Shown one piece after another: positions 12,803 through 25,423 of a stretch of 64,000 nt of DNA. Each line of letters starts with the position of its first letter. Within the stretch, counting starts at the first letter, position 1. The notes beneath the pieces were generated by a model. That model was given only the letters and a program-made list of their open reading frames with translations, ran no database searches and was not told where the DNA came from. The DNA comes from Emiliania huxleyi CCMP1516 (lineage: Eukaryota), in the NCBI RefSeq assembly GCF_000372725.1, contig NW_005201327.1, positions 190,815-254,814 of the forward strand, written 5' to 3'. The position numbers and the translations under genes are program-made.

Positions 12803-14465
12803 TTGAGAGGGCGGCGGGGGTGGCGAAGGAGGCGGTGGCGAGGGCGGTGGTGGCGGGGACGGCGGCGGCGGCGAGGGCGGCGGAGGAGGCGAGGGTGGAG
12901 GTGACGGCGGGGGGGGCGACGATACACAGATGGGGACGCCAACCCCACCCATGAGAAAGTTGCGTCCATCTGTGTAGTCGGGCCAGAGCTCAGCATTATT
13001 TGGGCCCGGCGGCGTGTCGACCTTCAAGGAAAAGTAGAATCCCTCTGAACTCGCGTCAAAGTTGAAGCAGACAAATTTTGGTACGGTGTAGCGGTAAGCC
13101 TTGCTCGAGAGGCGGCCGGATTGATGGTAGCCGTTGGTGGCGTACTCACCCGCGGCGGTGTAGTACTCACCCGCGTTGCAGGTAATGCACTGCTCCGTAG
13201 GAGGTATGGGATAGCCGTCGGGGCGAAGCTTCGGGTTGCCGCCGCAGTACAGCTCGCCCGTTTTTCCTTCTTCGCCAGATAGTCCGTCTGAAGGGCAGAT
13301 GTCGTACCTGCAGGGTTGGGCGGGGCCAGGCAGAGCATCAGGACGCTGTCGGCGTCAGGGCCGAGCTGTGGGCCAGGGACTGCGACACAGATTGCAGTCT
13401 TCGAGAAGGACGTCCTCAAAGGTGTTAGGGTTGTCGTCGATCGTCCCGCGCGTCTTCGCTCTCACCCGAGTGCACGATCGCCCGTCTAGGGTCACCTCGG
13501 TGATGTCGAGGTAGTTAGCGGTGTCAATGTTTCCGCACAGACTGGGGTATCCACAGACTCCCTGGCAGCCAGTCGTTGTGGGAGGCTTTCCATGCATATA
13601 GTACTCGTTGATGCCGCAAGCCGTAAACTGCTCAATCTCAGCGGCTGGCATTGTCGCGTCCGGGCTGGTGCAGTCATTGCTCGTCGCGTCAGGGCCGTAG
13701 CAAGTCATAAAGTCGTGGCCCGCATCAAAATCAAACACGCACCAGTCGACATTGCTCATCGCGAGCGCGGCGCCGGAATTGTGCGAATAGAAGTTCAACT
13801 TGAAGGCGGTTTCTGAGTTGAGGTCGAGGTCTATGTTCAGGAAGGCCCCGTGTATGCCCTCGCTATTCCCCCGCCCGTTCTGGCGGCTGTCAAACGGCCG
13901 GTACTCGGTCACGTTGGTCACGACCACGTCGAACCGTGTGGCCCCTCCCGTTCCATCGTAGTACGTGCCCGCGCCCTGATCGGCAATCGGGGCGGCCACG
14001 CGGTCGGCGGCACACTATGCGTCCTCTCTCTCTCGCCTTGGCCTCTACAAGCCGCACCTCGTACCGAAGCTCCTGCGCCTGACCCGAGTTCATGTTTGTG
14101 CATTGGCAGGCGCATCCGCAGGGGAAGTAACCGTCGCCGTTGGGACCACAATGTGTGTGGGTGTTGGTCGGCACAGTACAAGTAGTCTGCGTCATGCCGC
14201 CCGGAAACCCGCCAAGATTATTCACCTTCTCGGTGGCGTGCGTCAGATCAAACTCCATGCCTAATTTTTCCTGGCCGTCAGGGCATGTCTCGCGGAGGCC
14301 GTAGTCGCCCACGTCTCGAAGAATTGCAGTTGGATCGTACACCAACGGAGGAGGCGGCGGCGGGCCCGGCGGTGGCAACAACTCTGGGGGCGACGGTGGC
14401 AGTGGCGGCGACCGCGGGAAAACCAACCAGTCGTGCGCCGCCAGGCATACCGCGAGCAGATGCAT
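10154..14465 (-). CDS. Large secreted multi-exon Pro/Ser-rich protein with Cys-rich N-terminal region and C-terminal 'DPH' (VWD-like) domain
   Basis: [10 protein letters not shown] signal at 14465. Coding segments 13355-13999, 11150-13027 ([10 protein letters not shown]), then [17 protein letters not shown]...PHGLIGQSF...AMAEGAIDG. Exon joins approximate. Confidence 0.6.
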
Positions 14466-14763
14466 TGTGGCGCCGCAGCAGGGCGCACGGGGATGTGCAG
14501 GTGGCGAGAGGCCCTATGTGTGGCGGCTACAACTATGCGTTGCGGCGTGTCTCCTGTCCGAGAGCAGAGGGGCTAACTGTAGCGCGTCGGGCTTAGTGGT
14601 CGCAAGCAAGCCAAAGACCACCCGCTTTCCCGGGCCAAAATCGCCAAATCTGTATCTACATAGCTCCGTGCGGTTCCCCGGAGGTGAAGGAATAAGGATT
14701 TTACGACGTGAACGTACTCTCTCTCTCTCTCGGCGTGAATGCGCGATACATAGTACACAGAAT

Positions 14764-14837
14764 CTTACAACAAAACTCCCTCGCACAACACTGGGCACGG
14801 GACTGGCGCGCACTGGCACGAACACAGGTACACCACG
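14764..14837 (-). mobile_element. 74-bp 3'-end insert of CRE-like family 1 with 13-bp TSD
   Basis: Flanked by TAGTACACAGAAT at 14751-14763 and 14838-14850. Sequence matches the UTR after the RLE ORF at 37226 onward. Confidence 0.8.
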
Positions 14838-14906
14838 TAGTACACAGAATGAAACGAACTGTGTTCACGGCCGAACTTCAGAGTGCTCCTCAAATACCGC
14901 TCAAAC

Positions 14907-15050
14907 GGTAAGGTAAGGTAAGGTAAATTTCTCCACACACACAAAGTGGTGGGGCAAGCTAGGGGGGGACGACCCTCGCATCACCCAGACACGGGCAGGA
15001 GCCCCACGGCATTCAAAGTGTAAGCACTGGCCCGGTGCACGTGGGTGAGG
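14907..15050 (-). mobile_element. SINE-like/LINE 3'-end element with (CCTTA)n tail, copy 1
   Basis: Shares CACTTTGAATGCCGTGGGGCTCCTG...GTGTGTGGAGAA-(TTACC)n with 15698-15833 and 47263-47416. Confidence 0.7.
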
Positions 15051-15697
15051 CAGCAGCCTGCCCCTCCCTCCCTCCCGACAACCAACTCCCGCACACACAC
15101 ACAATCGCACTCTGGCCATCGAATGACTCCGAATGACTCACTGTGTGTGCTAAGACAGAATCTCCGCAGACAGCCAAAACGGGCCGTGCCGCGTTGTTGG
15201 TGCCTTCTCAAGTACTAGCATCCGGGCGCCGCACTCGAGTGGGCGGGTCACATCTATGTGGGCCCAGTGTGCGCACTAGGCGCATATGCTAGTGCTATCC
15301 TGCCCTATGGGAGGCAGAGGGGTGCAGGGAGGGGGGGGCAGAGGTAAGGTGGGGTGAGACTGGGGAGGACCTCAGAGGTCCTCCATGGGGGTGGGGTCCG
15401 GCTCGAAAAGGTCAAAGTGCTCGATGCCGGTCCCGCCATCGCCGCCGACGCCGTCGCCCTCGTCCGCCTTGGAGGCGGAGGTCGTCGGGCGGGGCGCCTC
15501 GCCCGTCGCGAACCTGCCGCTGAACACGGCGTCGGCCGGCGCCGAGGCGCCGGCAGCCGTGATCAGGTCGGCGACCTTTCGGTATCTGCAGGCCGCATCA
15601 ATTTTGCCGCGCCGGGACGGCTCGTAGAGCTCGTTGGCGAGCCAGTCCCGGGCGACCTTCGTCGCCACGGAGCCCAGAGGGACCGTGGCGTACACCA

Positions 15698-15833
15698 GGT
15701 AAGGTAAGGTAAGGTAAGGTAAACTTCTCCACGCACACGAGGTGGGGCAAGGGGGGGCAACCCTCGCGTCTCCACGTCTAACGACAGGAGCCCCACGGCA
15801 TTCAAAGTGCAAGGCCCGTTGCGCGTGGGTGGG
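15698..15833 (-). mobile_element. SINE-like element with (CCTTA)n tail, copy 2, abutting (TG)n
   Basis: Homologous to 14907-15050 and 47263-47416. Confidence 0.7.
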
Positions 15834-15834
15834 C

Positions 15835-15950
<116 letters not shown>

Positions 15951-16842
15951 ACGTCACTGCATCCTCTGCCGTTTCCTCCCGTCGCCTCTTCTTTGTTCGA
16001 ATGTTTCTCAATCCATCCTTCACGAAGCCCTCCCATGTAGCCAGCGTTCTTTGCGAATGTCTCGAAATGGCCAGCAGGCGCTGTCTGCTCGCGGCCTGTG
16101 CGGGCCGCTCGTCCTCCTCGCCCTTCTTTCGTCCTCCCGTCCCTCCCCTCCACCATGGCCTCCTCGGCACTTCTTTCCCCATCCGCCTCGCCCTGCCTTT
16201 TCGTATCGTGCCGTTCGCCCTCCATTCGGTGACCTCCATGGCCGTCCGCCTCCTTTTGGGTGGCGCTCTCGATACGGTTGCGTCAACCTCGACGTCGCTG
16301 TCGCCCTCCCCGTCCCCGCCGTCGCCCGTGCCTCGGTTCGCGTCATTGGTAGCGTCTCCGTTGTTCCCTCGTGCCCTGCCGTCGCCCTCTCTGCTCGGGC
16401 CGTTCACGATTTCGCTCCTCCTGCGTGTCGCCCCTCCGTCTCCTCCCCTGCCTTCGTCGTCATCGTCGCTGTCGCGAAAGCCCTCCGGTCCCTCGATTCC
16501 CTCGTCTATACACCAGGTCGCCGAACCCGCTGCCCCCCTCGGGAGGGAGCGAGTATGTCTAGGCGACTGAATGTTGGTGTTGTGGAGGGGACATGTGCTG
16601 ATGATCCTGTAGCCCGATTGGTTTGCTCACGGAAAAGCTTCTAATGGGGACTGGGGTCTGGGCGGTCGTTAAGGCGCCGTCCGCCGATCCCGGATCCCCG
16701 CACACGCGCTGCACACCCGGGCCCGGAAGTATTTTTTTAGGAGATCATACACGAACGATGCTTTCTCAGAAGCCGCCGCCATCGCTTACCTTCACCCGTA
16801 GGCAGATAGTCGAATCCGCGAAACACCGTATATTGCGCCGCC

Positions 16843-19800
16843 TCACGGCCGGAAGGTGGGCACCTGGCGGTCCCAGTTCCACGAGGCCTCGACGGCGACG
16901 CGGGGAAGCGCCTCCTGATAGGGGTCGGCGTCGCGCTTGCTCAGCAAATACTGCAGCGCCTCCTCGAGCTCGCGCTGCACCTGGGAGTACAGCGCGGCGC
17001 ACGCGGCCTTGTCGCGTGCGTCGACACCGCCGGTGGCGATGGGCGCGCCGAAGAGAAAGTAGTAGCGGCCCGGCAGCTTGGGCAGCGAGACCGGCGAGAC
17101 GAACCGCTCGCCGGGGCGGCCGACTGGCGCGCGCGCCGCGCCCTCCTTGACGCGGCCGCCGAGGAAGGGCAGCGCAAGCAACTCGTCCGCATCGAGCAGC
17201 ATCTCGAAACCCTCCTCCGCGCCGACGGCGGCGACGGGAACGATGGTGGCGTTGAATCTTGCGGCGACGCGCGCAAAGTCCGCCGACTCCGACGCGTCCG
17301 GCCAGAAGAGCTGGTAGCTCTCGCCCCGTTTCGTCGACTTGAAGGCCTCGCGCACGCCGCCCGGGTAGAGCAAGGTGTGCTCGCCGCGCGAGAGCAGCTT
17401 GAAGAGCGCCTTGCCCGAGACCGGCACCGCGCCGAACGTCTCAAAGTCCACCAGGCCGCCGCCGCCGCCGCCGCCGCCGCCGCCCGTGGCGGTGGCGTTG
17501 GCGCCTGCGGTGGTCCTGCTGCTGGAGAAGGCGACCGGGTGGGCGAGGGCGCGCACAAGGGCGCCGCGCTGCGCGAGGATCTCCTCCACCACGAGAGGGA
17601 GGTCCGAGAAGCCTACGTGCTGAAGACGCCAACCTCAGGGCGGGAGGACGGTCTTGTGCAGCGTCTTCAGAGCACCGCGTGAATACAACGGAGAGGAGTA
17701 CAGTGAATACAGCGGAATGCGGCCGAATACAGCGGAATACGTGTCCTCTCGGGCGCTGGTTGGAATACAAGAACACGTATTCCGCTTCTAGGCCGGGAAG
17801 CCGTACAGCTGGTGGTTGCCGACGAAGAGCACCGGAGGCACGCCCTGGGCGCGCTCCTTGAGCACCGGGGACGCGCCGGACGGCGGCGGCGGCGGCGGCC
17901 GCCGCGGCGGCGGCGCGGCGGCGGCGATGTCGTCCGCCGAGAGCGGGGGCAGGCCGCTGAGGCCGGCGACGCGGCGGCCGCCCGCCTCGGTGGAGAGAAA
18001 GACGGGCGAGACCAGGTTGCGGACGGAGCGGAGGCGCTGCGTGGCGTTGAGGATCTGCTCGGCAGAGGGCGGCGCGAAGTCGGCGACGTAGTCCTTTGGC
18101 TTGCTGCCGAGCGGCGTGCGGCCGGTGAAGCCGACGTCGCGCAAGCTTCGGGCGAGGTCGACCTACGAGGAGGACGGACTCAAGGCTGCGCGCCGCTGGA
18201 GAGGGCAGAACAGGGGAGGCGCCCTCGGGCGAGGTCGACCCTAGCTTCGAGCAGCGGCACGTGCCCCGACTCTGGCAGCGGCGAGGTGCGGCAGTTTGGC
18301 AAGCGGCGCCGCAGCCTCCTCGCTTCGTCGGTGGAGGGGAGGACCCGGTCCTTGGGGGGGGGGGGGGGAAGGGCGCGTCGGAGTCACAGCGAGCCACAGT
18401 GTGAGCAAGCGGAGAGCTCGCGGGCAATCTCGGGCAATCTCGGGCAATCTCGGGCAATCTCGGATAATCTCGGGCAATCTCGGGTCCTCTCGGGTCCTCT
18501 CGGGTCCTCTCGGCTGCTCTCGGCTGCTCTCGGCTGCTCTCGGGTCCTCTCGGGTCCTCTCGGGTCCTCTCGGCTCCTCTCGCGGTCCTCGGACGACGCA
18601 AAGACATGCACCGGAAGCCTGAGCCTCTCCAGCGGCGCCTCCTGCACGTGCGCCGCGGCGTGCAGCAGCAGCGACAAGCGGTGGGCGAGCGCCGGCAGAG
18701 GCAGCGCGTTTGGCAGCGCGCCCATCTCCGGCATCTGCTGGGCGAGCCGGGCGAGCAGAACGGGCAACCGGAGCGGCGGCGGCAGCGCCTACAGATGGGT
18801 TCGGGTACCGCGGGGTAGGGGAGGGTGGGTTCGGGTACCGCGGGGTAGAGGAGGGTGGGTTCGGGTACCGTGGGGTAGGGGAGGGTGGGTTCGGGTACCG
18901 TGGGGTAGGGGAGGGTGTGTCCGGAGCGGCGGCCGCAGCGCCTACTCAGATGCCGACAACAAGAGCTCGCACCCGACGATGCGTTGGCAGCCGCAGCGGT
19001 GCGGCAGCGGCAGCGCCTCGTCTCCTCTCCTCGCGCCGAGCTGAAGAGGGTCTCCAGAGATGGCNNNNNNNNNNNNNNNNNNNNNNNNNNNNNNNNNNNN
19101 NNNNNNNNNNNNNNNNNNNNNNNNNNNNNNNNNNNNNNNNNNNNNNNNNNNNNNNNNNNNNNNNNNNNNNNNNNNNNNNNNNNNNNNNNNNNNNNNNNNN
19201 NNNNNNNNNNNNNNNNNNNNNNNNNNNNNNNNNNNNNNNNNNNNNNNNNNNNNNNNNNNNNNNNNNNNNNNNNNNNNNNNNNNNNNNNNNNNNNNNNNNN
19301 NNNNNNNNNNNNNNNNNNNNNNNNNNNNNNNNNNNNNNNNNNNNNNNNNNNNNNNNNNNNNNNNNNNNNNNNNNNNNNNNNNNNNNNNNNNNNNNNNNNN
19401 NNNNNNNNNNNNNNNNNNNNNNNNNNNNNNNNNNNNNNNNNNNNNNNNNNNNNNNNNNNNNNNNNNNNNNNNNNNNNNNNNNNNNNNNNNNNNNNNNNNN
19501 NNNNNNNNNNNNNNNNNNNNNNNNNNNNNNNNNNNNNNNNNNNNNNNNNNNNNNNNNNNNNNNNNNNNNNNNNNNNNNNNNNNNNNNNNNNNNNNNNNNN
19601 NNNNNNNNNNNNNNNNNNNNNNNNNNNNNNNNNNNNNNNNNNNNNNNNNNNNNNNNNNNNNNNNNNNNNNNNNNNNNNNNNNNNNNNNNNNNNNNNNNNN
19701 NNNNNNNNNNNNNNNNNNNNNNNNNNNNNNNNNNNNNNNNNNNNNNNNNNNNNNNNNNNNNNNNNNNNNNNNNNNNNNNNNNNNNNNNNNNNNNNNNNNN

Positions 19801-21492
19801 NNNNNNNNNNNNNNNNNNNNNNNNNNNNNNNNNNNNNNNNNNNNNNNNNNNNNNNNNNNNNNNNNNNNNNNNNNNNNNNNNNNNNNNNNNNNNNNNNNNN
19901 NNNNNNNNNNNNNNNNNNNGGGGGGGAGGGGGGGGAGGGGGGGAGGGGGGGAGGGGGGGGAGCCTAAAGCAGGAGGACAGCTCCGAATCACCAGACGAGG
20001 CGGGCGCCGGACGGGCGGCCCTCCAGAGACCGCCGCGAAGATGGGAGTGGCGAGGGCAAAGTAGGCCGCGTCGGACAGGTTCGGAGGGAGGGCGGCGACG
20101 GCGTCGAGGAGGCGCGGCAGCTGCGCCTGTTTTTTGTTGTTGCAAACTACTCACACCAACTAGTCGGGCGACGGCGTCGAGGAGGCGGCGCAGCTGTGCC
20201 GGCCAGGAGCGACCGATGGAGGTTGCGGGGTTGACGAGGGCGACTCCGGCGAGCCTACGTGCTGAATACGCCGACATGAGGGCGTGAAGACGGTGGTATG
20301 CGGCGTATGCCGAGCAACGCAGGCATACAACGGAGAGGAATGCAGCGGAGTCCGTGTCCTCTCGAGTGCTGGTTGGGAGACATGAGCACGTATTCCGCTT
20401 CTCGTAGACGGTGGATACAGCGGAATACGGCTGAGTACGTGTCCTCTCGAGTGCTGGTTGGGAGACATGAGCACGTATTCCGCTTCTAGGCTGGCGAGCG
20501 AGGAGGGCGGCTTGCCGTCGGCCCCCTGAGGGAGCGGGCAAGAGGGTGGGTTCGGGTACCGAGGGGTATGGGAGGGTGGGTTCGGGTACCCTAAGGGAGC
20601 GGTCAAGAGGGGTCAACCACACGCGCAGAGTCGCCCACGCTGTCCTCTCAATCAGGCGCCGTGCCCCGAGACGCTTGTCCTACCGCTCCCCCCTCTGTTC
20701 GCCGACGCCCATCGCCGTCTCACGCTCTCACTTCCACCGCCGTCTCATCGCCCTTTCTCACGTCCTCACCTCTACCGCCATCCATCGCCGTCTCACGCTC
20801 TCACCTCCACCGCCATCCATCGCCGTCGCACGTTCTCACCTCTAGCACAGGAGTACGATTGGACAGTCAGTCAGTGGCTAGTCGTTCGCACGTCCTAGCA
20901 CGGACGAAGGCACACGCGCACGCGAGGACGCACACGGTGCCAGTGCAGGCGAGGCGGTGTGTGCGAGCTCTCAGGAGATACGCATCTATTGTAGATGCGC
21001 CTGAGCAACGCTGAGCGCGAGGACGCCGCCGAACGACTCACCGAGCAGGTAGATGGGCCGCCCCTCCTCCGCCTCGACCTCGCGGGTGACGGCCTCGCGT
21101 AGCGCCTCGAAGCTGGACCGGTCGTCCGGCGGTACGGCCAGCCAGCGGACGCAGAAGTCTTCTGCGAGCCCGGGAAGCTGCCGGTGGAGCGAGTAGCCCG
21201 ACAGCTCGATGCCGGGAAGGTACAGGAGGAGAGGCTTGGTCGGGTCGTCCTCGGCGGTGTGCCGCACAAACTGCGGGTCGCCGGTGACCGCAAAGTCCGC
21301 CAGCCGCGGCTCGGAGGCCATCTCCCGCCGCATCTGCGCCGTCAGGATGCTATCGCTGGCGAGCTGCAGTACCGGCGCCACGATACGCTGAATCGGCAAC
21401 GCTGCGATGTTTTGCACGCAGGGCGCTGCTGGGCGAGGGCCGAGCCGGCTAGGGGTGGCGAACGCGTGGAGCGCGGTAGTGAAGGCGAGCAT
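16843..21492 (-). CDS. Phytyl ester synthase / ELT-family protein (alpha/beta hydrolase + DGAT-type acyltransferase), multi-exon, interrupted by N gap
   Basis: Transit-like N-terminus, PLLLYLPGIELSG, IYLLGESFGG, VALVNPATS, SGHVPLLE, VLFVGNHQLYG|FSDLP, LLYPGGVREAF, GRYYFLFGAPI. Confidence 0.85.
17612..17792 (-). mobile_element. Introner family A copy 1 (forms GC-AG intron 17613-17801)
   Basis: CCTAGAAGCGGAATACG...CACGTAGG. TSD CTTCCCGG/CTTCTCGG. Splicing restores NHQLYG-FSDLPL. Confidence 0.85.
20254..20490 (-). mobile_element. Introner family A copy 2 (intron 20255-20499; internal duplication)
   Basis: Same termini. TSD CTCGCCAG/CTCGCCGG. Splicing restores KPPSS-LAGVALVNPATS. Confidence 0.85.
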
Positions 21493-21588
21493 TACACACA
21501 CATATATATACACACACATGTGTATTGTTCTCGGACTTTGCGGCCGTACACATGAGTATTGCGACGTCGCTTGATTTCTTCCGGCCTG

Positions 21589-21671
21589 GTGTGCCGGTGA
21601 TAGTACTAGCACGCGCCAGTTCGCACCTGTGTCGAGCCTGTGTGCTGTGTGAGAGAGTTGTCTTGTTTAAA
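21589..21671 (+). mobile_element. 83-bp 3'-end insert of CRE-like family 1 (variant) with 13-bp TSD
   Basis: TTCTTCCGGCCTG at 21576-21588 and 21672-21684. Body similar to 7396-7452 and 43523-43597. Confidence 0.75.
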
Positions 21672-22485
21672 TTCTTCCGGCCTGATGTCGGTGGCAGGAC
21701 GGTGGCACTCTTACCTCGAGAACCACGTCTCGCTCACGCTGAGAAAAAATCTGAAACGGCGTGCAGCAGAGTCACCGACGAGTCGGTCCGCGTGCCTCCT
21801 CGTGTCGCGCATCGTTCTCACCCATCCATAAACTCACTTTGGCCTCACTGAAGCGATGCCTCAATCCTGAATCCTCAGATTTTCGATTACGTTGCGGCGC
21901 GAACACGATGCTGGCTCTCTCGATCGCCAGCGCCGCCGCTGGAGCGCACCCCCACCGGGCGCCTCTGTTCAGCACCACGCCACTCTCACCGAGCTGCGTG
22001 GCGCTGGCTGCTGCCGCCGACCGGGGTCTGAAGAGCACGTGCTCTCTCTCAATGACATTCTAGCGATTGGTCGAGCGCTGGGCTGCGAGGGCATCCACAG
22101 ATCCCAGCTACGCCTCCCGGATGGCAAGCACTTTTGCGACCTTTGACTTTGACGGCGGTGGCATGTACAGCGTGGCGAAGGCGCGCGCGCACGCAGCCGC
22201 GGTCGAGCCAGAGGTGGAGTCCGAGCTAGCGCGCTGCTGGCAGCGCCGGCGCGCCCAGTGCGGCGATTTTGGAAGGACGATCAGGGGGACAGGTGGGGCT
22301 CTCCTGCTCCTGAGAAGGGACCTACCTACGCAAATTTAGGGGCGAACTTTTTTCTCTTCCTGTCACTTCCCACGGCCTGTATAAGGGCGTAGACGCCCTT
22401 AGCCTGTACCCCCCTAGGTACCCCCCATCGCTCCGTCGTGGTAGCTCCGTCGTGGTCGACAGCTCCATCTTCGGGACTGCAGCAC

Positions 22486-25153
22486 ATGCAGCTCTCCATC
22501 TTTGTCGCCACCTGGGGCCGCACGGCGATGATCCGCTCCAGGGGCATCGCCAGCTTTCTCGACGAGCTATCCGCTCGCGGTTTTGCAGGGGTCGAGGCGA
22601 CCGCAGAGGAGCTCGGAGCCTCTCTGAAGGAGCGGGTCGAGTACTGCCGCCTCCTCCAAGCGAGAGGGCTGAGGTTAATATACGCCGCCTACACGAGCTG
22701 GCTCGGCTACGAGGGCGCGCACCCGGGATTCACCACGCCGCCGGAGCACCTGGCGGCGCTGGATGCGGAGCTGGCCAAGGCGGCAGAGCTCGAGGCGGCG
22801 GCGCCTGGGACCCTCGCTCACATCAACATCCACGGCGGCTGCGACTCGTTTGACGAGGCGCAGGCGGACGAGTACTACAGCGGGGCCCTCCCACGGATCG
22901 ACGCCTTCCTCGCGACACACGCCCACCTGTCGACCGGCGCCCGCAGCGGCGTCTCGCACGAGTCGCACCGAGGCCGGCCCCTCTTCCACCCGACGCCGAC
23001 GCGCCGGCTGCTGGCCAAGCACGGGCGCGACCGGCTGAAGCTGACGCTGGATGTGTCCCACTGGCACGTCTCTAGCGAGCGGATCGTCGGGTTTGCGCCT
23101 ACCACCAACAGGCCCGACCCGGAGGCTCTGCCAGTTGTGAGCGTGAGCAGCGTCTCTTCACACCTCTAGCTGTGAACAGGCCCGACCCGGAGGCTCTGCC
23201 AGCTGTGAGCGTGAGCAGCGTCTCTTCACACCTCTAGCTGTGAACAGGCCCGACCCGGAGGCTCTGCCAGCTGTGAGCGTGAGCAGCGTCTCTTCACACC
23301 TCTAGCCGTGAACAGGCCCGACCCCGAGGCGCTCGGCGCGGCGAACGTGGAGTGGGGCGCGGCCGAGGCCGCGCTGGCGGAGGCGGCGAGGAGGGAGGAG
23401 GAGGTTCCTCCCGGTGTGGCGGCAGAGAGGCGCTGGCTGCACGGGGAGGCGTACCTCGCCGTCGAGCACGTCCACGCACGCATCGGCAGCGGGCAAAGCG
23501 CGCAGACGCCCCCGGGCGAAGACGCGGACTGGAACGCGGTGCGGCGGACCGAGATGTAGCCGCGACGTAGCCACAAGAGCAGGCAGAACGGTCTGGGTCA
23601 CGCAGGACAGCCGAGAAGTGCGTCCAGCCGGACTGTCTGCAGCGCGGTGCGCCCAGGCCGAGCAGTCTCTCTTCCCACGTCAGCGCCGTGAACAGGTGCG
23701 CGCGCACGTCGCGATGTGGAGGACGGTCTGGGGCAACCTCTCCGCCTCGGGGGCGAGAGAGGCGATCGTGACGCCCGAGTACGGGCCTGGCTACTTCACG
23801 GGCCAGAGCTGCGTCACCAAGGAGTGGTCCCCCGAGGCGCTGTGGGCGCAGACCCTCGCCGCTTCGGCGCACCTGCGAGAGGAGTTTGCGGCGTGGGAGG
23901 CTGGCCGCCCACCGACCGGCCAGGGGCCCTCGCCCGCCCTCGCGGACCTCCCCGCCCCTCCCCCTCCCCTCCCCGCACGCGTCTGCACCCTCCCCACCAT
24001 CGACGTGTCGCGCTTCGTGGCTGGCGGCGCCGCCGAGCGGGCGAGCCTGGCCGAGGAGTGGAAGGTGTCCGTGACATGTCCGTGACATGTCCGTGACGTG
24101 TCCCGTAGGCGAGCCTGGCCGAGGAGTGGGACGCCGCCTTCTCGGGCGTCGGCTTCTGCCAGCTCGTCGGGTACGAGTCCCTCCTCCCCGCCTCCGCCAT
24201 CGCCGCGCTGCGCGAGGCAGCGACCGTCTTCTTCGAGACCGAGTCGCGCGAGGTGAAGATGCGCTCGCACATCGACGGGCTCCTCGGCTATTTGGCCATC
24301 GGCGAGGAGAATGTCGCCGCCACCGTCGGCGCTGCCAACCGGGTGGCGGATAAGGTCGAGGGCCTCAACTTCTCGGGCTACGGAAGCGAGCTCAACGGCT
24401 CGCGAGGCTGGCGGTCGCGCGACCCGTGCGAGGTGCCTTGGCTCGAGGAGCCCTTCGCGCGCGCGCTGCCCGAACGGTTACGGCAAGCGGCGGCGGAGTA
24501 CTGGAAGGCGGCGACGGCGCTGATGCACGTCCTGCTCGAGCTCTCCGCGCTCGCGCTCGGGCTCGAGGCGAGCCACTTTGGTCCCTACTATGCTGAGCCC
24601 GGCTGCACGCTTCGCCTCGCGTACTACCCTCCCGGCCCGGGCGAGGAGGGGCAGCTGCGGTATGGCGAGCACACCGACTACGAGGGCTTCACCATCCTGC
24701 AGCGGCCCGTGGAGGGGGGCGGCGAGGGCAACGGCGGGCTCGAGGTGCAGCACCCGTCCGCTAGGCTGCTGGCCAGGACGTGTCCACTGACATGTCCACC
24801 GACATGTCCGGGTCCGACAGGTGCAAGACCCGCGCACGGGCTCCTGGGCGGGGGTCCCCTCGCTGCCCGACACGCTGACCATCAACATCGGCGACCTGAT
24901 GGCGCGCTGGACGAACGACCGCTGGCGAGCGACGAGGCACCGCGTGCCGGCGCCTACCGCGGGCAGCGCCGCCGCCGCGTGCGGCCGGTTGAGCTTGGTG
25001 TACTTCACCGGCCCCAACCCGAGTATGCCGGTGCATTGCCTGCCGTCAGCCAAGTGCGACTGCGAGAATCCGAAGTACCCGTCGATCACGCTCGAGGAGA
25101 ATGTGCAGGCCAAGTTGCTCGCCGCACAGCGCGGCGCCGCCGACGGCGCGTGA
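22486..25153 (+). CDS. Fusion of xylose-isomerase/AP-endonuclease-2-like TIM barrel and 2OG-Fe(II) dioxygenase (DIOX_N + 2OG-FeII_Oxy)
   Basis: GFAGVE, SHESHRGR, LTLDVSHW, HVHARIG, TPEYGP, then in the same exon LPTIDVSRF, followed by GFCQL, LRLAYYP, GEHTDY, INIGDLMARWTND, HRV, RLSLVYF. Four inferred introns. Confidence 0.8.
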
Positions 25154-25423
25154 GGGCTGGATGCGGGTGTGGCGGGTCGCGGGTGCACACTATGTACTAT
25201 AAGTTGTGACGAGACGTATCTCGTTTTACCAGTAGCCACTAGCCAGGCGTCTGGTTATTGTGTACCAGCTTTGCGGTACGGGGCGTAAAGCCGCACGAAT
25301 ACACTGATTTCGAGCCGTATATTCTCACGGAAAAAACAGACGCGTCTGAGAGCGATGATCTTGTTCAATGCCACATTTTTTGCTATGTGCTTTTACTGCT
25401 AACGCTCTCGCCGCTCGGTCTCA

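Noticed and set aside
11061..12806. 581-aa Gly-rich ORF on + strand (and similar Ala/Arg-rich ORFs elsewhere)
   Set aside because: Antisense or off-frame shadows of SPPPP-coding sequence in GC-rich DNA.
14907..14927. (GGTAA)n as interstitial telomere
   Set aside because: Only 3-5 units, always attached to the same element body, so it is better explained as a retroelement tail.
18710..20622. Long ORFs containing X runs
   Set aside because: Artefacts of translating through the N gap 19065-19919.
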